Positions 57,908-64,000 of a DNA stretch of 64,000 nucleotides are shown in pieces (position 1 is the first letter of the stretch; the number at the start of each line of letters is the position of its first letter). The stretch comes from a virus: IMG/VR virus record IMGVR_UViG_3300007987_000009, one strand, 5' to 3'. Under the pieces are notes generated by a model. That model worked only from the letters and a program-made list of their open reading frames with translations, made no database searches and was not told where the DNA came from. A program made the translations under genes and the position numbers.

Positions 57908-59353
57908 TCATTTCTTTTCTTGTTGGATGGCATCAACAATGGTTCGTATCTTCGCCAACCTCTTGTCATCAGTAGAAAGATTGAATTCTTCCCATCCGAA
58001 AAACTCCAGCATTGCTTTTTTAACTTTGTCTTTTTTAGTTCCATTTATAACGAACAGAATTCTCTCCATAATATCGTTGCTCAAAGATACTAACTGACCT
58101 CTATCCAGAATAGTCAACCAAACATTCACTACAGCTTTACGAGTTGACAAATCTTTTTGAATCTCGGTTAGCCCGTGCTCTCCAATGTGACTCAAAAAGT
58201 TTTGGATTCGCGCGTTTCGGTGATGTGTGGTTTCTTCGTATGGATTCTGCGGGTCAATTGACAAGAATTGAAGAAGATCCTCACTAAGTCCTTCGTATTG
58301 ATATACATTGGAATTGGTGGTTAGCCATGCATTGATTTTTCTACGCTTGGTCTGTGAAACCGTTGTGCTTTGTGCCATTTCCTTAAGAGCGTCAAAAAAT
58401 TCGGGACTGTCACTAGCATCAACTTTTTCTAGAATTTTTTCAAATTTATGTATTGAGTTAGACTGACAGAACTTAGCCACATTCTCGGCAGACATGTGGG
58501 GAACCAGTTTAGATGCTAGTTCATCGTCGTTCTTTACTTTATTTTCAACAAAAGTATAAAAGCTAGGATCGGTCAGATGTTCCCTCATTTCTTTTCTACC
58601 GATTGAACCCTCTTTCATTTCTTCCAAGATGCGTATGAAAGAACCACTTTTAAGTTGAGAAATAAGATCCTTACAGGGGGCACCTGCCGGGAGAATGTCT
58701 TTGATAGAACCACCTAGGGATTCGACCTTCATGCAGTAATCAAGACGGCGGGGACTAATGGATTTTTGAAGATCAGTAGTAAGAGACTTCCACCACTCAC
58801 AAGCAATCGTACCCTTTTCACCGTACTTTTCATAAAAATATTGAACGCTAACGTCATATCCGAACTGGAAATGTACGTGGAATCGATCAAGCTGTGCCGG
58901 GTCAATTTCTTCAACATCATAGTCGTTCTCATCGTCGTTCGATGGGTTGACTGCTGCCCACACACACTTTAGATTAGTGAAACGATGACCATTGATCGAG
59001 CCAAATTGCATCAACTCCATCACAGCGTTTCTAACTTTTTTCGGCGCACGGTTGAATTCGTCAAAGATGATTGCTTTAACCTGATCTCTCTCAAACACTT
59101 CAGGTCGAACAAGATCAAGGAACACAACACCATCATCAGCGACCCTCTCCTTGGGAACACCAACGAAATCCACCCACGGGTCCATCGTTGCGGCGGAGAA
59201 ATACAACCAATCACGGCCACGCTCTCCGAAAATTTCGTTGAAGGTCTTCTCGGCCAGAGCCGTTTTACCAACACCGTGTGGACCCTCGAACAAAACGTTC
59301 AGTCCGTGTGTGGCCCAGAAGGCCAATTTACTTTCACTAGGAAATCTTGCCAT
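57908..59353 (-). CDS. MoxR-like AAA ATPase
   Basis: GPHGVGKT, FDEFNRA, AAVNP, DPAQLDRF, SPR. Confidence 0.88.
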   Translation of the reverse strand: MARFPSESKLAFWATHGLNVLFEGPHGVGKTALAEKTFNEIFGERGRDWLYFSAATMDPWVDFVGVPKERVADDGVVFLDLVRPEVFERDQVKAIIFDEFNRAPKKVRNAVMELMQFGSINGHRFTNLKCVWAAVNPSNDDENDYDVEEIDPAQLDRFHVHFQFGYDVSVQYFYEKYGEKGTIACEWWKSLTTDLQKSISPRRLDYCMKVESLGGSIKDILPAGAPCKDLISQLKSGSFIRILEEMKEGSIGRKEMREHLTDPSFYTFVENKVKNDDELASKLVPHMSAENVAKFCQSNSIHKFEKILEKVDASDSPEFFDALKEMAQSTTVSQTKRRKINAWLTTNSNVYQYEGLSEDLLQFLSIDPQNPYEETTHHRNARIQNFLSHIGEHGLTEIQKDLSTRKAVVNVWLTILDRGQLVSLSNDIMERILFVINGTKKDKVKKAMLEFFGWEEFNLSTDDKRLAKIRTIVDAIQQEKK

Positions 59354-59419
59354 TTTTTTTTTCTCTCCAATTGATTTGTATTTTAAGTATATTTCAATTT
59401 TTGCCGTATGTCAATCTAA

Positions 59420-60823
59420 TTATTCAAAATCTTCCAATTTGTGAATTATGGAAGTTTTGGGGACATTGTTGGTAGAATATCCACTAGTCATAAACCAGTG
59501 CCATCTTTCTGGATGCTGTGGAGATACGTTATTACCATATCCATCTGTGATCAGAAATACCGCATCCGGATAACGAACTTCTTCACGGGCCATGATTTTT
59601 TGAATCTCTGCCTCGATTGGACTGAACGCAGTACCACCAAATCCATAAAGTTCACCAGACTCAAGAGATGTCTCGTACACTCTGGTATCAAAGCAGAACA
59701 TACGAACGTTAAAGAACTCTTTAGGAATTGATTTGGCGGCTCTCCAAAAACGGTCGGAGTAGCCGGAACATGAACCGGAAGTGTCTAAGAAAAAGTAGAT
59801 TCCTATTTTGTTCTTTTCTATAAGTGGCTCATCTGTTTCCATTTCACTAGGCAGAATCAAATCAGAATCTCGAAGCAACTGGAAACGACGAGCGTTTCTA
59901 GCCCACTGTTCTTCAACTCGAAATTCTTCAAGTCTAGTCTTTTTGACCCACTTTTTAATTACAGTCTCCCACTTTGGTTTTGGTTTGACTCGCATGTTGG
60001 GGTCCATCTTTCTAAGGATGTTTCCGGGACTGACACCAGCTTTTTGGTTTGCTTCTTTTGTTTCTATACCATCATTAATTTTTTCGTCAAGGTCTTTATG
60101 ACGCTTCTGAAAATCTTTTGCTACCTCGTTCATTTCTTGGGTGTCCATCCGTTCAGCCAGTTCTTCAAGAAGTTCGGTCATATCCTCAAACTCCCCAGAG
60201 CCGTTGTCACCATCTGACTGGTCTGAGTTATTCTCGTCGCCGTCCTGTTCCCCAGAGCCATCACCGGAGCCACCTACGTGTTGATCAACAGTCTCTAAGA
60301 TATCTTTCAACTTTTCAAGAGTTTCATCACTCATTTCTTTCAACTTGGTGTAGTAATATTCCGAGCTTCGGTTGGGCGCAATTTCATGTGATCGTTCTTT
60401 GAACACTGTATCAATCCAGCAATACTTGCTTTCTGGATCAATGTCATCCCTAGAAAAACCTAACTCCACGAGACGATGATTGATGACAATATCACATGCC
60501 CAGTTCATTAGTAGTACTTCTCTCTGAGTCTTGGCGTGTCTGAACAACCGATATCCGTGATTATATGTCACATGAAGACATTCATGTGCAATCAGGAATG
60601 CTTTCTGTTGGAAAGTCAAAGTATTCCAGAAATTCTCGTTTATTAAGAATTCTAGAAATTTACCACTTCTATTGAAACTCACTGCACCCGTTATAACGAT
60701 TTCTGCCTCAGAGCCTTCAACAAAACGAGGTTTACCCATTTCCCACAAATGATAAAACGAACCGTGCTTGTAGTCCAATTCGTTTAACAAGTCCAAATAT
60801 TCGTAATGTTCAATTGTTTTCAT
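59420..60823 (-). CDS. DUF2201-type metallopeptidase plus VWA protein
   Basis: AHECLHV, NWACD..IN, DTSGS, GGT.F, TDGY. Confidence 0.88.
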   Translation of the reverse strand: MKTIEHYEYLDLLNELDYKHGSFYHLWEMGKPRFVEGSEAEIVITGAVSFNRSGKFLEFLINENFWNTLTFQQKAFLIAHECLHVTYNHGYRLFRHAKTQREVLLMNWACDIVINHRLVELGFSRDDIDPESKYCWIDTVFKERSHEIAPNRSSEYYYTKLKEMSDETLEKLKDILETVDQHVGGSGDGSGEQDGDENNSDQSDGDNGSGEFEDMTELLEELAERMDTQEMNEVAKDFQKRHKDLDEKINDGIETKEANQKAGVSPGNILRKMDPNMRVKPKPKWETVIKKWVKKTRLEEFRVEEQWARNARRFQLLRDSDLILPSEMETDEPLIEKNKIGIYFFLDTSGSCSGYSDRFWRAAKSIPKEFFNVRMFCFDTRVYETSLESGELYGFGGTAFSPIEAEIQKIMAREEVRYPDAVFLITDGYGNNVSPQHPERWHWFMTSGYSTNNVPKTSIIHKLEDFE

Positions 60824-60887
60824 GATTTGAATTATACCAACCCTTCTACAAAGTGTCAAGAAAAAAAAAAAATACCAAATTTTTGTT

Positions 60888-61148
60888 TCAGAGGGTAGAT
60901 TCTTTGATTTTGGACCCACTTTCCGGATTCGTAAGAGGGAGAATATAATCAATAGTTTGCTCCACACAGGTCCTAGTGGAAACCACCAAAATTACATCCC
61001 CAGATGGATCAATTGCATACGTAGTCTTACATACTTCTATTCGAGGCAAATTGTGATTTGCAATCCCGATTAAAAACGCAAGGCCAACCAAAGCGACTAA
61101 GATTACGATAAAGAAACCATAATACGCACCACGTAGAGCACGACTCAT
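60888..61148 (-). CDS. Small membrane protein
   Basis: N-terminal TM, coupled. Confidence 0.55.
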   Translation of the reverse strand: MSRALRGAYYGFFIVILVALVGLAFLIGIANHNLPRIEVCKTTYAIDPSGDVILVVSTRTCVEQTIDYILPLTNPESGSKIKESTL

Positions 61149-61639
61149 ATATTTTCTCCAGTAATTCTTTTTACAAAATCTTCGGACATCTGGGATTGTT
61201 TATATTCTTGCATCCAATATTTTAAATCCAGATCGAGGTTATAACAATCAGCTAAACATTTTAAATCTGAATACAACCTAGAATTTATTTCTTTGATGTT
61301 AAAAGATTGGACCATAACAGAAACTGTCCCGTTAAGGTCTCCTTCAAATTGTTTCATTACTTTAAGTCTATTGGTAATAGTTTTCAAAGCAAAAGCCAGC
61401 ATTGCGTATTCTTTCACAATATGCGGCATTACAACATCATTCATTCCCAGCAAATGGGAAACTTCAATATCTCGAACAACAGAGATTGCCAACAACTGGG
61501 CTTCGTAGATTTTCCCATACGCCTCTTTAACCTGTAATTCCCGCTTCGGTTTGATCTCAGCAGATACCATGGCGGGAATATATTTCTTTAGTTCACCGCA
61601 TAGTGTTTTCATATATTCGGTGCTAGGATATTCTTTCAT
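61145..61639 (-). CDS. Hypothetical protein
   Basis: Operonic ORF. Confidence 0.55.
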   Translation of the reverse strand: MKEYPSTEYMKTLCGELKKYIPAMVSAEIKPKRELQVKEAYGKIYEAQLLAISVVRDIEVSHLLGMNDVVMPHIVKEYAMLAFALKTITNRLKVMKQFEGDLNGTVSVMVQSFNIKEINSRLYSDLKCLADCYNLDLDLKYWMQEYKQSQMSEDFVKRITGENI

Positions 61640-61640
61640 T

Positions 61641-62090
61641 TTAATCTTTCGACCCCTGCCACGCTGATCGTATTTTTTGAAGAAGGTCTTCTACTTGAAA
61701 ATCGTAACAATGTACTTCTTCTTCAATGCCAGATACCAAGAGAATAGTTATTGTTGCTAGGTTAGGGGAAATTTCATATACGACTGTATCGGGAAGAGTT
61801 CTTTTGTCTGAATAAGGCCAACTATCTATTCCCTTCTTTAGTGCGTAATACCAAATACTGTCTCCTTCTTCAGAAACTTTTGTAATACTGGGTGTTTTTC
61901 CCTTATAAGAAATGTATATCTTTTCGATACGACTGCATCGCAAATGGTCGCACCCTTGAACGACCAAAAATCTATCGTCCTCTCCTCGAATAACATCAAC
62001 ACTAGGAAGGGAACCCGTTTCTTTATGGTTTTTCTTTTCCCTTTCGTACTCTTCCATTAATTGCTGATATTGATCCTCGAACAATTTCAC
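61641..62090 (-). CDS. Hypothetical protein (5' part likely broken by homopolymer indels)
   Basis: ORF preceded by T-runs at ~62092 and ~62172. Confidence 0.5.
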   Translation of the reverse strand: MKLFEDQYQQLMEEYEREKKNHKETGSLPSVDVIRGEDDRFLVVQGCDHLRCSRIEKIYISYKGKTPSITKVSEEGDSIWYYALKKGIDSWPYSDKRTLPDTVVYEISPNLATITILLVSGIEEEVHCYDFQVEDLLQKIRSAWQGSKD

Positions 62091-62442
62091 ATTTTTTTTT
62101 TCTGTTCAGCCTGATCCTCTTCACACCACATCAGGTATGGATCATACCCAAGAATCGGGTAGCGGTCGTAGTTTTTTTTTTCACTCTCACACTCAATTTC
62201 TTCTTTTTTCTGTGTATTTTTATTAAAAATTTTAAGCATTTTTCTTCCTCGATAAATTTTTCACGTATAGAATAAGAATAGCACATTGACTTACAGTTTG
62301 CAAACATTTTAGACATACGCTATAGTAATTCCATTACAATTAAGGAAGATAATACAATGATATTAAAAGTAAAATAAACTTGCTGGGGTTACTTCGGACC
62401 CACATTTTTGTCATAAAAAACCCACCTGTGGCGGGTTTTTTT

Positions 62443-62928
62443 TTACGAAATGTAAACGTTTAGCTCGTAGGGGTGTTGTTCGGTGCCCCGATTGTATACT
62501 TGAAGATGCAGTCTCTCACGAGCCTGTTTCCCGTTCTCGTGGTACAGATTCAAATGCAAATCGTTGGTTTCACCCGGACTGGGTTTCCTTGGACCCATTC
62601 CGATAACCCGCATGGCCTCTTCGTCGTCAATAACATACCCTCTCCGGGTAGCGATATCCCTTGCGGCTTGAATTGCAGAAGTATAAGTATCATGATACAA
62701 CTCGTAATTTTCTTTCAATTTGTATTGATCTTTTCTATATTTCTTCCAATTCCGTTCTGTATGGGTGGGTTTGTCGTCGTATGTTGATGGCAGGTTCTTC
62801 TTGTTTCGCTTGGCACGTATATTCGGTGTCAGTTCATCTGAATCCGAAGAATTGCGTTTTTCTTGTGCAGTTTTGGGTGATCGGTAACCGGTTATGGTAT
62901 ATTCTGTCAGAAAATCAATGAAACTCAT
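62443..62928 (-). CDS. Putative internal head protein
   Basis: MSFIDFLTE; terminator at 62415-62443. Confidence 0.6.
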   Translation of the reverse strand: MSFIDFLTEYTITGYRSPKTAQEKRNSSDSDELTPNIRAKRNKKNLPSTYDDKPTHTERNWKKYRKDQYKLKENYELYHDTYTSAIQAARDIATRRGYVIDDEEAMRVIGMGPRKPSPGETNDLHLNLYHENGKQARERLHLQVYNRGTEQHPYELNVYIS

Positions 62929-63173
62929 AAATCTTCTCCCCGTGACACCCTTAGTCCTGCGTCGAAACCTGCGTCAAAAGCATCTTCTACGGAAACGTCG
63001 CCTTCAACTTCTTCAAGCCCTTCAAGCCACCGCTGTCTAGCCAAGTCACGGGTATTTTGTCCGTTTTCCCCATCTACAACAGTTTCCTCGTCTCCATCTA
63101 CACTAGGTAATTCTATCGCAGATTCTTCGACAACCCGTCTAAAGCTCCGTACCCAATCGTCTTTATGTTTCAT
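62925..63173 (-). CDS. Acidic late protein
   Basis: TATAAATA on - strand 63197-63204; GGAG RBS. Confidence 0.55.
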   Translation of the reverse strand: MKHKDDWVRSFRRVVEESAIELPSVDGDEETVVDGENGQNTRDLARQRWLEGLEEVEGDVSVEDAFDAGFDAGLRVSRGEDL

Positions 63174-63300
63174 GTTAGCTCTCCAAATGATAAAACTATT
63201 TATAGATATATTAGCACGATAGCAAGAAAACTCAAACGATTATAGTTACTGTTGAAAAATAAACATAAATAACCAAAGACAACATGGAAGTTCAATTAAC

Positions 63301-63879
63301 ATGAAAACTTTAGGAACACTACTTCTTGCATTTTTTCTATCCCTATCCACCACAGTATATGCCGAAGTTGATATTGGTATAGATGGTGTTTTTGTTTTGT
63401 CGGATGATTTAGGATACAACACCACCGGGTATGGTATTCAGTTGGATGCATCTGGAAAACATGGGAACTGGGGTTGGGACTTTCAAGGAACGGCACTGCG
63501 GCATGGTAAATGGCTCGCGAACGGTGAGAGGTACCAAGTTATCGCGATGGGACGAAGATTCTTTGGAGATTTCTTCCTAGAAGCCGGTGGTGAGTGGGGC
63601 GGATATCAATCCAGATTTGAAGATGGTGTTGTTTGGGAAAAATATGGATACGCACCTGCTGTTGGGGTAGGGGTAAATAGTGATGGTACAGAAGTAACCC
63701 TTCGATATCTATTACCCGACACTACACCAAACAATACGTCAATCGCCACGGCAGGATTAGAAATACCACTGAATGATTCATATGTCGGGGGAGTTTCTAT
63801 CGAATATTGGTCTTTTGACATAGGAGATGAGCGCCTTAATGGTGTTCAGGTCAACTTGGAATTTGGGTACCGATTCTAA
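63301..63879 (+). CDS. Small outer-membrane beta-barrel
   Basis: Signal peptide ending VYA; amphipathic strands; terminal LEFGYRF. Confidence 0.75.
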   Translation: MKTLGTLLLAFFLSLSTTVYAEVDIGIDGVFVLSDDLGYNTTGYGIQLDASGKHGNWGWDFQGTALRHGKWLANGERYQVIAMGRRFFGDFFLEAGGEWGGYQSRFEDGVVWEKYGYAPAVGVGVNSDGTEVTLRYLLPDTTPNNTSIATAGLEIPLNDSYVGGVSIEYWSFDIGDERLNGVQVNLEFGYRF

Positions 63880-64000
63880 TCACTTATAGCACTTTTTGCT
63901 TTTGTGGCAATTACATACGGATCGAAATCAGCATCTTTCCCGTATTTCTCGACGTACTCCTCCGAACCCAAAAGATCCAGATCAACTATTTGTTGCAAAA

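Overview
64 kb of a large T4-like (jumbo-type) phage genome infecting a Gram-negative host. Evidence: dense short hypothetical genes, many TTGACA-N17-TAnnnT early promoters, T4-type TATAAATA late promoters, UUCG-type terminators, and no rRNA or cellular housekeeping operons. The left third is a tRNA island: 30 readable tRNAs in the window plus several tRNA-like RNAs, interleaved with HNH homing endonucleases, two IS200/IS605-derived miniature elements placed directly 5' of tRNAs, putative anti-CBASS/Thoeris sponges, a leader-peptide attenuator and an ~850 nt GOLLD-like RNA with an embedded tRNA. The best candidate for an undescribed system is an array of three paralogous structured RNAs (19955-20275). 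They share a GCATCCTTCTAC core, and the third carries a circularly permuted tRNA (YrlA/Y-RNA-like architecture). The same window encodes a ROT/TROVE-like-repeat + TerD protein, two RNA-ligase-family proteins, Thg1, two Pth2-like proteins, an R2K ATP-grasp and a 3'-5' exoribonuclease. Other modules: a glycosyl-/methyltransferase cluster (including a DUF579-like enzyme), a PgaC-like synthase plus beta-barrel, PlcP- and Agt-like lipid-remodelling genes, guaC, a MoxR/VWA pair, and two T7 gp0.7-like kinases with late promoters and head-targeting-like N-termini. About ten single-base frameshifts in homopolymers suggest long-read indel errors. All family assignments are from motif recognition; no database search was run.
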